64,000 bases of DNA from NCBI GenBank assembly GCA_964587625.1, contig CAZPLU010000007.1, positions 5,739 to 69,738 of the forward strand. The letters are read 5' to 3'. Each line of letters starts with the position of its first letter. Within the stretch, counting starts at the first letter, position 1. Position numbers and translations under genes: made by a program. The notes below the pieces were generated by a model, which worked only from the letters and a program-made list of their open reading frames with translations, did no database searches and had not been told where the DNA came from. Positions 11,302 to 20,393 of this stretch are shown piece by piece. The stretch comes from an uncultured Eubacteriales bacterium (GTDB lineage Bacteria; Bacillota; Clostridia; Oscillospirales; JAKOTC01).

Positions 11302-11433
11302 ATGGAAAACGGAGAATGGAAATTCGCGGACGGGGAGCAAAACCCGCCGGTAGGGGCGGCCCCATGTGGCCGCCCGCAAAAGATGGGGATTGGAAATTGG
11401 AAAACGGGAAATAGAAAATGGTAGACGGGGAGC
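11302..11433. repeat. Heptad-periodic GGAAA-rich arrays flanking a GTAGGG-type hairpin
   Basis: Left array, 7-nt units: atggaaa acggaga atggaaa ttcgcgg acgggga (11302-11336). Hairpin gcggcc-ccatgt-ggccgc within gtaggggcggccccatgtggccgcccgc (about 11350-11377). Right array: atgggga ttggaaa ttggaaa acgggaa atagaaa atggtag acgggga (11383-11431). Confidence 0.5.
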
Positions 11434-11446
11434 GGATTTGTGTTCG

Positions 11447-12427
11447 CTATATTCCTTCAACGGTAAAATCATACCGCGGCAGACCGTCAACTTCGGTGAA
11501 AATGACATCGTATCCGAGGTGCGCCAACCGCAGCAGGTTTTTGCGGCGCTGCCCGGCGGCCGCCGAGCGCATTCCCCTCGCAATACAGACATTATAACGC
11601 ATCGGGGGCATATTTTCCAACGTTTTACGGAGATTGGCGAAGAAATATTCCCCGGTTACGAGCTCCCCGAACGCCGGGTGGAACGCGCCCGCGAGCGGCT
11701 TCGCGCCGGGTGCGAAATCGGCGTGCAGCCCCATCCGGATGATCGGAATATTTTTTGACAGCGCTTTTTCAAAAATTTGAACGCAGATGTCCACCGCCTC
11801 ATCCACCGTTTGGGGCAGATATTCGCCGGTTTTCCACAATTTTTCGAGCAGGGTGTCCGCAAATACCGCCGTCGGGTAAACGCGCATGCAGCCGGGATCC
11901 AGCGAGAGCAGATCGTCGGCGGTTTTCAAATCCTTTCGCGGATCGGAGCGGTACAGACCGGTCATCATTTGCAACCCGAGCTCAAAGCCCGCCCGTTTGA
12001 TCTGTTCGGCGGATTCGAAAACATCCCGTGCGGAGTGGCCGCGCAAATTGACCTTTAACACCTCTTCGTCGGTGCTCTGCGCGCCGAGTTCGATCACGCC
12101 GACGCGGTGTGCCTTTAAAATTTCCAAGACCTCGGCGTTGATGGCGTCGGGGCGGGTGGAGACGCGGATGCGGGTGAACTTTTTGCCGTCCAAAAAGGGC
12201 TGTGCGGCGGTCAGCAGTTCGAGCAGATAAGCACGGGGGACAGCCGTAAAACTGCCCCCGAAAAATGCGATTTCGAAGCCCGCGCCCGAAACGTCGGTCA
12301 ACGCCTTCCGGACGCTCTCGGCGGTCGGGAGGGTTTTGATTGAAGTGACGGCCGACTGGTCGCAGAAGCTGCAGCGGTGCGTACAGCCGGCGTGCGGGAC
12401 GAAGATTGCGACGATCCCGCGTTTCAC
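11447..12427 (-). CDS. Radical SAM protein (ELP3/HemN-like family)
   Basis: N-terminal CxxxCxxC cluster motif in FVPHAGCTHRCSFCDQ. 326 aa. Its start overlaps the rnc stop by 4 nt (12424-12427). Confidence 0.75.
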   Translation of the reverse strand: MKRGIVAIFVPHAGCTHRCSFCDQSAVTSIKTLPTAESVRKALTDVSGAGFEIAFFGGSFTAVPRAYLLELLTAAQPFLDGKKFTRIRVSTRPDAINAEVLEILKAHRVGVIELGAQSTDEEVLKVNLRGHSARDVFESAEQIKRAGFELGLQMMTGLYRSDPRKDLKTADDLLSLDPGCMRVYPTAVFADTLLEKLWKTGEYLPQTVDEAVDICVQIFEKALSKNIPIIRMGLHADFAPGAKPLAGAFHPAFGELVTGEYFFANLRKTLENMPPMRYNVCIARGMRSAAAGQRRKNLLRLAHLGYDVIFTEVDGLPRYDFTVEGI

Positions 12428-13113
12428 AGCACGCCCATCAGCCCGAGCGCTTCCTTTGCCGCGTTCTGCGCCGCTTCCTTTTTGGTCTTGCCGGTGCCGG
12501 TGCCGATGACGTTGGAATTGAGCAGTACCGACATGGTGAAGGTCTTGTCGTGGGACGGACCCTCCTCGTCCGCGAGTTCATAGGACAATATCTCGCCCTT
12601 GTTGCGCTGGACAATCTCCTGCAACGCGGTTTTGTAATCCCGGAGGGCGTTGTGCTTGCTTTTGACCAAATATTTGCCGACAAACGGCAGCACGAAATTC
12701 GAAGCGCTCTCCAGCCCCGCGTCCAAATAGATGGCCGCGACAATCGCCTCAAACGCGTCGGACAAAATCGACGGCCTGCGCTCGCCGTGGGCGGCTTCCT
12801 CGCCCCTGCCGAGCAGGATGTATCGACCCAAATCGAGCTGTTTGGCATATTCCGCAAGGGCCCTTTCACAGACGGCGGCGGCGCGCATTTCGGTCATGCC
12901 GCCCTCGTCCATGTCGGGAAAGCGCCGGAAAATCGCCTCCCCGACCACAAAGTCCAAAACCGCATCGCCCAAAAATTCAAGGCGTTCGTTGCAGACAGTG
13001 ACCTTGCTGCTCTCATAGGCGCACGACGAATGCGTGAGCGCGGTGATCAGCAGGGAGCGGTCTTTGAAGCGGTGGGAAAGCCGCTGTTCAAAGTCATCGG
13101 GGTAAAAGTCCAT
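12424..13113 (-). CDS. rnc: Ribonuclease III
   Basis: RNase III signature ERLEFLGDAVL and a C-terminal dsRBD (GPSHDKTFTM...GKTKKEAAQNAAKEAL). Start trimmed to the ATG at 13113 after aggaaaggaa. Confidence 0.9.
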   Translation of the reverse strand: MDFYPDDFEQRLSHRFKDRSLLITALTHSSCAYESSKVTVCNERLEFLGDAVLDFVVGEAIFRRFPDMDEGGMTEMRAAAVCERALAEYAKQLDLGRYILLGRGEEAAHGERRPSILSDAFEAIVAAIYLDAGLESASNFVLPFVGKYLVKSKHNALRDYKTALQEIVQRNKGEILSYELADEEGPSHDKTFTMSVLLNSNVIGTGTGKTKKEAAQNAAKEALGLMGVL

Positions 13114-13156
13114 TTTAATTTCCTTTCCTACGGTTACGGGAATTTGATATTTGGAG

Positions 13157-13308
13157 TGTAAAGCGTAAAACGTAAAATGTAAAGTTGCGATGCTTTGCAA
13201 AACGGTTTCATGATGTCGTTTCGGAAATGCCGCTTGTGTTTATTTCATTTCATACGGTCGATGTCATTTCCGAAAATGTCACTTTACGTTTTACACTTTA
13301 AACTTTTC
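13157..13308. repeat. Inverted heptad arrays (YGTAAAR x4) around a nested palindrome, in the plsX-rnc intergenic region
   Basis: Left array: tgtaaag cgtaaaa cgtaaaa tgtaaag (13157-13184). Right array in inverted orientation: actttac gttttac actttaa acttttc (13281-13308). Inner inverted pair: tttcggaaatg (13219-13229) / catttccgaaa (13265-13275). Confidence 0.55.
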
Positions 13309-13323
13309 ACTATGAGACGCCGG

Positions 13324-14310
13324 TCAGTTGATCTTGGCGGCGATATCTTCGATGACGCCGGTGCCTGCGTAAAGTTCCGCTTTTTTAATCGCGTTCTTGA
13401 ACGCGTCGGCTTTGGAGCTTCCGTGCGCTTTGATGACCGGTTTGGCGATGCCGAGCAGGGGGGTTCCGCCGTATTCGGAATAGTCGAAGCGCCCCGCCAT
13501 GTCGCGGAATTGTTTGGTGACCAGCGCCGCGGCGATTTTGGTGCGGGAGGTGGCCAAAAAAATCTGCTTGACCTCTTTAAACAACATCCCCGCGAGTCCC
13601 TCGGAGAGCTTTAAAATCATATTGCCCGTGAAGCCGTCAACCACGGCAACGTCGCAGCCGCCGACCGGGAGATCGCGCGCTTCGACATTGCCGCAGAAGT
13701 TGATTTCTTGGACTTCCTTCAGCAGCTTATAGGCCTCGCGCACGGTCGGGGTGCCCTTGTTCTCCTCTTTGCCGACGTTGACCAGACAGACGCGCGGGTT
13801 GGAAATCGAAAAAACCTTTTCGTGATAGACGGAACCCATCACGGAAAATTGCTGCAGGTGTTCGGGACGGCATTCGAGGTTCGCGCCCGCGTCGAGCAAC
13901 AAAAAGCAGCCCTGCGGGTGCGGAATCGCCACCGCAAGCGACGGGCGTTTGACGCCCTCGATGCGTCCGACGAGCAGAGTGGCGCCCATCACAAGCCCGC
14001 CGGTGCTGCCCGCGGAGATGAAGGCGTCGCCCCCTCCCGCGGCAAGCGTCTTGAGCCCGACCGACAAGGAGCTGCCGGGTTTGCTTTTGACGATTTCACG
14101 CGGATCCTCGTCCATGGCGAAGGTGTCGGGCGCGTGAGCGATATCAATCCCTTTCAAAGAGATGGAGAGTTTTTCGCAGGTCTCTGCGATCACTTTTTTA
14201 TCCCCGACCAAAATGATCTGCGAGCCGAATTCGTCGCAGGCGGCGCGCGCGCCTTTTAAAACCTCGTCGGGCGCGTTGTCGCCGCCGAAACAGTCCAGCA
14301 AGATTTTCAT
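13324..14310 (-). CDS. plsX: Phosphate acyltransferase PlsX
   Basis: 328 aa with typical PlsX N-terminus MKILLDCFGGDNAP and length. The ATG overlaps the trmFO stop (ATGA). Confidence 0.9.
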   Translation of the reverse strand: MKILLDCFGGDNAPDEVLKGARAACDEFGSQIILVGDKKVIAETCEKLSISLKGIDIAHAPDTFAMDEDPREIVKSKPGSSLSVGLKTLAAGGGDAFISAGSTGGLVMGATLLVGRIEGVKRPSLAVAIPHPQGCFLLLDAGANLECRPEHLQQFSVMGSVYHEKVFSISNPRVCLVNVGKEENKGTPTVREAYKLLKEVQEINFCGNVEARDLPVGGCDVAVVDGFTGNMILKLSEGLAGMLFKEVKQIFLATSRTKIAAALVTKQFRDMAGRFDYSEYGGTPLLGIAKPVIKAHGSSKADAFKNAIKKAELYAGTGVIEDIAAKIN

Positions 14311-15590
14311 GAAAAGTCCTCCTTGAGCGCCCGGTTTGAGAACGCCGCATAACGCAGGCGTTTGTCGCGGATTTCCGGGTCTAAATCCGGTAAAATTCCG
14401 AAATTCACCCCCATGGGCTGGAAGTTGACGACCGCCGGATCGGTGATATAGCCGATTAACGCGCCGCTCATCGTGTGAAGCGGCAGCAGTTTCGGGGGTT
14501 TTCCCAGCAGTTTCGCGGCGGCGTTATATCCCGCCAAAATTCCGCACATCGCCGATTCGCAGTACCCCTCAACGCCGCTGAGCTGACCCGCGAAAAAGAG
14601 ACCGGGGTGGTTTTTTAACGACAGGTCGGGTGCGAGCAGGCGCGGAGAGTCGATAAAAGTGTTGCGGTGCATGACCCCGTAGCGTATCATCTCGGCGTGT
14701 TCAAGGCCGGGAATCATCGAAAAGACCCTTTTTTGCTCGGAGAATTTCAAGTTTGTCTGAAAACCGACGAGGTTGTACAGCGTCTTTTCGCGGTTTTCGG
14801 CCCGCAGCTGCACATTGGCCCAGGGGCGGTGTCCGGTATTCGGATTTTGGAGGCCGACGGGTTTCAGGGGGCCGAACCGGATGGCGTCTTTGCCGCGCTT
14901 GGCAAGCACCTCGATCGGCATACAGCCCTCAAAGACGGCGGGGTTTTTGTCGAATTCGCGCAGCGGAGCGGTCTCGGCGGTGACAAGCGCGCCCCAAAAG
15001 GTCTCGTATTGCCCTTTGTCCATCGGGCAGTTGAGATAATCGTCGCCGCCTTTGCCGTATCGGGAGGCGAAAAACGCCTGTTCCATGTCTACGCTGTCGG
15101 CGGTCACAATCGGAGCGACCGCATCGAAGAAAAACAAACCGTCTCCGCATAGGGTCCGGATGGCCTCGGCCAACCCGCCGTGGCACAGCGGCCCGGCCGC
15201 GACCACGCAGACGCCGTCGGGAATTTGATCGACGCGCGCCCGGCGGATCGTGATGTTGGGGTTTTGCTCAATCAGACGGGTGACCTCGCGCGAAAACAGG
15301 TCGCGATCGACCGCCAGCGCGCCGCCGGCGCCGACCCGGCAGGTCTGCGCCGCCTGCATCGTGACCGAACCCATCCGTCGCATCTCCTCTTTTAACAGGC
15401 CTGCGGCGCTGTCAATCCGCTCGGCCTTGAGAGAATTGGAACAGACGAGTTCCGCCAGATCGGGATTTTTATGCGCCGGGGAAAAAGACGCGGGTTTCAT
15501 CTCGAAGAGGTCGACTTTGACGCCGAGGTTCGCAGCGGCATTCGCCGCTTCGCATCCGGCCAACCCGCCGCCGATCACGGTTAGTTTCAT
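14307..15590 (-). CDS. trmFO: Methylenetetrahydrofolate--tRNA-(uracil-5-)-methyltransferase TrmFO (Gid)
   Basis: FAD-binding motif VIGGGLAGCEAA. 427 aa. Classic position next to topA. Confidence 0.9.
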   Translation of the reverse strand: MKLTVIGGGLAGCEAANAAANLGVKVDLFEMKPASFSPAHKNPDLAELVCSNSLKAERIDSAAGLLKEEMRRMGSVTMQAAQTCRVGAGGALAVDRDLFSREVTRLIEQNPNITIRRARVDQIPDGVCVVAAGPLCHGGLAEAIRTLCGDGLFFFDAVAPIVTADSVDMEQAFFASRYGKGGDDYLNCPMDKGQYETFWGALVTAETAPLREFDKNPAVFEGCMPIEVLAKRGKDAIRFGPLKPVGLQNPNTGHRPWANVQLRAENREKTLYNLVGFQTNLKFSEQKRVFSMIPGLEHAEMIRYGVMHRNTFIDSPRLLAPDLSLKNHPGLFFAGQLSGVEGYCESAMCGILAGYNAAAKLLGKPPKLLPLHTMSGALIGYITDPAVVNFQPMGVNFGILPDLDPEIRDKRLRYAAFSNRALKEDFS

Positions 15591-15622
15591 GTAATCCTCT
15601 CCGTTAAGTTAACTTCGCAATC

Positions 15623-17734
15623 TCACTCATCTTTCGCCTTTTTGGCATAAGTGGCTTTTTCATAGCCGCAGCCCTCTTTGACGCAATAGGTTTTCGCGCC
15701 TCTGCCCTTCTTTTGGAACATCGGGGCGCCGCACTGCGGGCATTTGTCGGGGATCGGCTCGTCCCAGGTCATGAATTTACAGTCGGGATAACCCGTGCAG
15801 CCGTAATATTTCGCGCCCTTTTTGCTCTCACGTTCGACGAGCTGCTTGCCGCACTGGGGACAAACGCCCTCGGTCTTCTTTTGAAAGGGCTTGGTGGTTT
15901 TACACTCCGGATAGCCGGGGCAGGCCAAAAATTTTCCGAACCGGCCGTTTTTGATGACCATCTTGCGGCCGCAGTTCTCGCAGGTCTCCTCGCTCTCGAG
16001 ATCGGGCAGCTTGACGCGCTGGCCCTTCATGCTCTCGGCGGCCTCGGTGAGGGTCTTTGCGAACTCGCCGTAGAACTTGCCGAGGGTCGGCACCATCTCA
16101 TTGCCGCCGGATTCGATCTCGTCGAGTTGCTCTTCCATATCGGCGGTGAAGCCGACGTCGACGATTTTCGGAAACTTTTCTTCGAGAAGCTGCGTGACGG
16201 TCTCGCCCAAGGTCGTGGGCTTGAAATTTTTACTCTCGCGCTCGACATATTCGCGCTTCAATATCGTGGATATGATCGGGGCGTAGGTGCTCGGACGGCC
16301 GATGCCCTTTTCCTCCATGATTGCAATCAGCGACGCCTCGTTGTAGCGGGGCGGCGGCTGGGTGAATTTTTGTTCGCCGGTGATGCCCTCGCAGATGGGC
16401 TTGTCGCCTTCGGAGAGGTTTGACAGCAGCGCCGCGTTCTCCTCCTTTTCATCGTTGGAGACGTCGTAGAGGGCGGTAAATCCGTCGAAGACGACGCTGA
16501 CGCCGTTGGCCTTAAAGAGATATCCGGCGCTCTCGAGCTCGACCGCGACGAGGTTTTGGACGCAGGCCGCCATCTGGCTGGCCATAAAACGCTCCCAGAT
16601 GAGTTTATAGAGTTTATACTGCTCGGGCGTGAGCGAACCCTTGACTTTTTCGGGGGTCAGGTCGGGCGTGGTCGGGCGGATGGCCTCATGCGCGTCCTGC
16701 GCGTTCTTGGCTTTATAGACATTGCGCTTTTCGGGCAAATACTTTTTGCCGTAGGCGGCTGTGATATACGCCTCTGCCGCTTTGACCGCCTCGTCGGCGA
16801 CGCGCAGGGAGTCGGTTCTCATATAGGTGATCAGACCGGTCTCGCCCACACCCGCGACATGGACGCCCTCGTAGAGTTTTTGAGCGATCTGCATCGTGCG
16901 CGCCGACGGCATCGAAAACCGCCTTGACGCGTCCTGCTGCAGCGTGGAAGTCGTGAACGGCGGAGCGGGGCGCTTGGTGCGCTTGGTGTTTTTGACGCCC
17001 GTGACGGTAAACGGGGCTTTTTGGCAGGCATCGATGACCGTATCCGCCGCCGCCTTGTCAATCAGTTTGCGTTCGCCGTTTTGATCGCCGAAGAATTTCG
17101 CCTTGAACTTGGCGCCTTTTTCGGAGAGCAGCGCTTCGACGATCCAGTATTCCTCGGGGACAAAGGCGCGGATCTCGCGCTCGCGCTCGACGATGAGGCG
17201 AACAACCACCGATTGCACGCGCCCCGCCGAGAGACCCCGCTTGACCTTCTGCCATAAAAACGGGCTGAGCTTATAGCCGACGATGCGATCCAAAATCCGG
17301 CGGGTCTGCTGGGCGTCGACGAGATCCGCGTCGATCACGCGGGGATGCTCCATGCCCTCTTTTACGCCGCTTCGGGTGATCTCGTTGAAACAGACCCTGC
17401 GCGCGGCTTTTTCGTCGAGCTTCAAGACCTTGGCAAGATGCCATGAAATGGCCTCGCCCTCGCGGTCGGGGTCTGTCGCCAAAAAGATGAAATCACTGTT
17501 TTCGGCGGCGTCTTTGAGTTCTTTGATGACCGCTTTCTTATCGGGCATTTCGATATAGTCGGGGGTGAAATCATGTTCCAAATCGACGGCGAGCTTGCCT
17601 TTCGGCAGATCCCGTATATGCCCTTTGGAGGCGATGACCTTGTAGTCGCCGCCCAAAAATCCCTGGATCGTTCGGCCCTTCTCCGGGCTCTCTACGATGA
17701 TGAGTTTTGCCAATTCTTTATACCATCCTTTCAA
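15623..17734 (-). CDS. topA: DNA topoisomerase I
   Basis: Toprim motif IIVESPEKGRTI, active-site ITYMRTDS, and three C-terminal Zn-ribbon CxxC repeats. Confidence 0.9.
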   Translation of the reverse strand: MKGWYKELAKLIIVESPEKGRTIQGFLGGDYKVIASKGHIRDLPKGKLAVDLEHDFTPDYIEMPDKKAVIKELKDAAENSDFIFLATDPDREGEAISWHLAKVLKLDEKAARRVCFNEITRSGVKEGMEHPRVIDADLVDAQQTRRILDRIVGYKLSPFLWQKVKRGLSAGRVQSVVVRLIVEREREIRAFVPEEYWIVEALLSEKGAKFKAKFFGDQNGERKLIDKAAADTVIDACQKAPFTVTGVKNTKRTKRPAPPFTTSTLQQDASRRFSMPSARTMQIAQKLYEGVHVAGVGETGLITYMRTDSLRVADEAVKAAEAYITAAYGKKYLPEKRNVYKAKNAQDAHEAIRPTTPDLTPEKVKGSLTPEQYKLYKLIWERFMASQMAACVQNLVAVELESAGYLFKANGVSVVFDGFTALYDVSNDEKEENAALLSNLSEGDKPICEGITGEQKFTQPPPRYNEASLIAIMEEKGIGRPSTYAPIISTILKREYVERESKNFKPTTLGETVTQLLEEKFPKIVDVGFTADMEEQLDEIESGGNEMVPTLGKFYGEFAKTLTEAAESMKGQRVKLPDLESEETCENCGRKMVIKNGRFGKFLACPGYPECKTTKPFQKKTEGVCPQCGKQLVERESKKGAKYYGCTGYPDCKFMTWDEPIPDKCPQCGAPMFQKKGRGAKTYCVKEGCGYEKATYAKKAKDE

Positions 17735-17789
17735 GATGTTAAATGTGTTGGTAGTGAAGCCGTTTGCCGCTTACGCTCATGTTGATTTT

Positions 17790-18908
17790 TTAAGTGGATT
17801 CACGATATCTCCTGCCGGGGAGGGCGACCACATGGCCGTCCATCTCCAGTTGCGCAAGCCGTGTGATCAGCGTGCGCACCTCGAATCCCGTGCGGTCGGC
17901 CAGTTCGTCGACCGTGAGCGCTCCGTTTTTAAGCTGCAAAAGCACCGGGTCGGTGATCTCGGGCTCGGGGTCCAAAATCAGCTTCAACAGCGGTTGTTCA
18001 TGCGGCTCGGGGAGTTGCAATTTGGTTTTCAAAGACGCGTTCAGCGCTTTTGAAATATTTTGGGCGCTTGTGACCGGGACCGCGCCCTCTGCGATCAATT
18101 CGCAGATTTCGCTCGCGCCGGTGCGGCTGTAGTCGGTCATGGTCACAAAGACCCGTCGGCCTTGCTCCATCGCGCATTTTGCGGTGATCAAAGCGCCGCT
18201 TTTCTCTCTGGCCTCGGCGATGAAAACGCCGTCGCACAAGCCCGAGACGATCCGGTTGCGGGCCGGAAAAGTGAATTTCGCCGCATGGGTTTCGGGCGGG
18301 TATTCGGTTAAGATCAAGCCCTTTTCGGCGATGATCTCGGCAAGGCGGGCATTTTCGGCGGGAAAGGGTCTCAAAAGACCTCCGCCCCAGACCGCGACCG
18401 TAAAGCCGCCGACTTTGAGCGCGCCCTCGTGTGCCGCCGTATCGATCCCCACAGCCATGCCGCTGACGATCGTGACGCCCGCCGCGGCGAGTTCGCCCGA
18501 AATTCCGGCGGCGATCTTTTGTCCGAACGGAGTCATGCTGCGGGTGCCGACCACGGCGAGAGCGGGCGCGTCGCCGAGCCGTATAAAGGACCGTACATCG
18601 CCCCGATAAAAAAGCAGGACGGGGGGATTTTTAATACCCGTCAGCCGTTTGGGAAACAGCGGGTCGCCGAACGGAAGGATGCCGAAGCCGTGTTTATCGC
18701 AGGTGTCGGCGATCTCCTCGGCAGCCATTATAGCATATTTTGCCGCAAAATCCACCGGTTTCCGGATAAATTCACGGTTTTTGTAGATTTCTTCAAAACC
18801 GCCGAATTCTTGAAAGAGCTTGACCGCTCGCACCGAAGGGATGCCGCAGCTGAGCGCCGTCCAGACCGCGCAGACCTGTTCCCGCGTCATTTTCCGAACA
18901 GCTCCCAT
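17790..18908 (-). CDS. dprA: DNA processing protein DprA (Smf)
   Basis: Rossmann-like core TIVSGMAVGIDTAAHEGAL. 372 aa. dprA-topA-trmFO synteny is typical of Firmicutes. Confidence 0.85.
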   Translation of the reverse strand: MGAVRKMTREQVCAVWTALSCGIPSVRAVKLFQEFGGFEEIYKNREFIRKPVDFAAKYAIMAAEEIADTCDKHGFGILPFGDPLFPKRLTGIKNPPVLLFYRGDVRSFIRLGDAPALAVVGTRSMTPFGQKIAAGISGELAAAGVTIVSGMAVGIDTAAHEGALKVGGFTVAVWGGGLLRPFPAENARLAEIIAEKGLILTEYPPETHAAKFTFPARNRIVSGLCDGVFIAEAREKSGALITAKCAMEQGRRVFVTMTDYSRTGASEICELIAEGAVPVTSAQNISKALNASLKTKLQLPEPHEQPLLKLILDPEPEITDPVLLQLKNGALTVDELADRTGFEVRTLITRLAQLEMDGHVVALPGRRYREST

Positions 18909-19666
18909 AACAATATCGCCGCCGCCGACGCGGCGTTCAGCGATTCGGCGCCGCCTTTCATCGGGATGATGACGGGTGTGGCGGTTTGTGACGTTTCGGG
19001 TGTGATGCCGTTGGCCTCATTGCCGATGACCAGTATAAAATCGGCGGGGGGACGGAACGCCGTGATCGAAACAGCGCCGTCGGTGAGCATGGCGCCGTAC
19101 ACCGAAAAACCCTTTTCGGACAGCGTTTTCAGATCGCGCGGAAAATCCGCGCTCTCATAAGTCGGGAGCCGAAACGAGCAGCCCATTCCGGCGCGCAGCG
19201 TTTTCGGCGAAAACACATCCGCGCAGCCGGGTGAAAGCAAGACGCCGTCAGCCCCGAACGCCTCCGCCGTGCGCAGGATCGCGCCCAAATTTCCGGGGTC
19301 GGACAGGCGTTCGAGCGCCAAAATTTTACCGCGTGAGAGTCGGGAGACCGGGCGTTTCAGGCCGCTTGTGTCGCACAGGCAAAAAACGCCCTGCGGATTT
19401 TGGACACCCGAGAGCGTCTGCGCCACATTGCCGCCGATCTCGATCTGTTCAAAACCGGCGCCGTTTTCGAAGAGGGGGAATGCGGGGTGTTTTTCGGCAA
19501 ATTCGCGGGTGAAAAACAAGGTTTTGACACGGTTCGAAGCGGTCGCCTCGGCACACAAACGCAGGCCTTCCGCAAAACAGAGGGTGTCTTGTGCGCGCGC
19601 TTTGACGTCGGTTTTTAACGACAGCGCATATTTGATCTTTTCGTTTTTTGTCGATGTGATCATCAT
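18887..19666 (-). CDS. TrmH/SpoU-family RNA 2'-O-methyltransferase
   Basis: SpoU motifs LSDPGNLGAILRTAEAFG, LVIGNEANG and IPMKGGAESLNAASAAAILLWE. Confidence 0.8.
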   Translation of the reverse strand: MMITSTKNEKIKYALSLKTDVKARAQDTLCFAEGLRLCAEATASNRVKTLFFTREFAEKHPAFPLFENGAGFEQIEIGGNVAQTLSGVQNPQGVFCLCDTSGLKRPVSRLSRGKILALERLSDPGNLGAILRTAEAFGADGVLLSPGCADVFSPKTLRAGMGCSFRLPTYESADFPRDLKTLSEKGFSVYGAMLTDGAVSITAFRPPADFILVIGNEANGITPETSQTATPVIIPMKGGAESLNAASAAAILLWELFGK

Positions 19667-19671
19667 AGTGC

Positions 19672-19712
19672 AATAACAAAAGAGCTGCGCACGCGCGAGG
19701 CGTGCACAGCTT
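19672..19712 (-). terminator. Rho-independent terminator after rplT
   Basis: 10-bp stem with one mismatch (19684-19693 / 19701-19710), followed on the minus strand by tcttttgtt. Confidence 0.6.
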
Positions 19713-19720
19713 TTATTCGG

Positions 19721-20371
19721 TTACTTGCCGGTGGCACCGGGTTTTCTGGTGGTCGATTTCTTCGGGGCGGCGGGGGCGGCTGTCGGCTTTTTGACCGCGG
19801 CGGCCGCCGGCTTTTTTGCGGCGGGTTTGGCGGTCGGCGCGGGCTTTTTGGCGGCTGCCCCGGCCGGTTTCTTTGCCGGTGCGGCGGGCTTTTTGACCGC
19901 TGCGGCCGCGGCGGGTTTCTCTGCCGGGGTCTCTTTGGCGGTCTCCTTCTTGACGGTTTCCTTTTTGGCGGGAGCGGCTTTTTTTTCGATGGTCGCTGCG
20001 TCTAGCGCGACTTCCTTGACTTTGCCGTTCTTGGCGGTCTCGACCAAGCCCGCAAACGCCTGCGCGTCGCTGATGGCCAGTTCGGAGAGCATCTTGCGGT
20101 TGAGTTCGATTCCGGCTTTTCTCAAGCCGTTCATGAACGTGGAATAATTCATTCCGTTTGCGCGGCAAGCCGCGTTGATGCGGGCGATCCAGAGCGAGCG
20201 GAAATCGCGTTTTTTGAGACGGCGGCCGATATAGGCGTATTGTCCGGACTTCATGACCGCCTGTTTTGCGGTGTGGAACTTGGAGTGTTTGCTGCCAAAG
20301 TACCCTTTCGCGGAATGGATGATCTTATTCTTCTTTTTACGGGAGATCAGCCCGCCTTTGACTCTTGCCAT
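19721..20371 (-). CDS. rplT: 50S ribosomal protein L20 with ~100-aa Ala/Lys/Pro-rich C-terminal extension
   Basis: Residues 1 to about 117 are canonical bL20 (MARVKGG...[10 protein letters not shown]...[17 protein letters not shown]). They continue in frame into [14 protein letters not shown]...[22 protein letters not shown]..., giving 216 aa in total. Confidence 0.85.
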   Translation of the reverse strand: MARVKGGLISRKKKNKIIHSAKGYFGSKHSKFHTAKQAVMKSGQYAYIGRRLKKRDFRSLWIARINAACRANGMNYSTFMNGLRKAGIELNRKMLSELAISDAQAFAGLVETAKNGKVKEVALDAATIEKKAAPAKKETVKKETAKETPAEKPAAAAAVKKPAAPAKKPAGAAAKKPAPTAKPAAKKPAAAAVKKPTAAPAAPKKSTTRKPGATGK

Positions 20372-20393
20372 GGTGTTTTTCCTCCGAATTTCA

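Noticed and set aside
11254-11592. N-terminal 113-aa extension of the yunB ORF, and ORFs 11165..11353, 11205..11414 and 11366..11758.
   Set aside because: These translate the heptad/REP intergenic element (for example WKTENGNS, GDWKLENGK). They have no RBS and a low-complexity, repeat-derived sequence. yunB homology starts at MMARRRR.
12406-13161. 251-aa plus-strand ORF over rnc; similar cases are 13708..14259 over plsX, 15713..16423 over topA and 8617..9378 over ligA.
   Set aside because: They are antisense to highly conserved housekeeping genes and are GC-rich shadow ORFs.
13114-13323. Degenerate acpP gene between plsX and rnc.
   Set aside because: I translated all three minus-strand frames by eye. 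Each has stops within a few dozen codons, and there is no D-S-L carrier motif.
19713-20168. ORFs 19713..20168 (-) and 19725..20147 (+) over the rplT tail; also the idea that the tail is a separate gene or a frameshift artefact.
   Set aside because: The tail is in the same frame as the L20 core with no intervening stop or internal RBS. The alternative frames are repeat-induced shadows. A sequencing error cannot be excluded without reads, so the fusion is reported as a finding, not a certainty.
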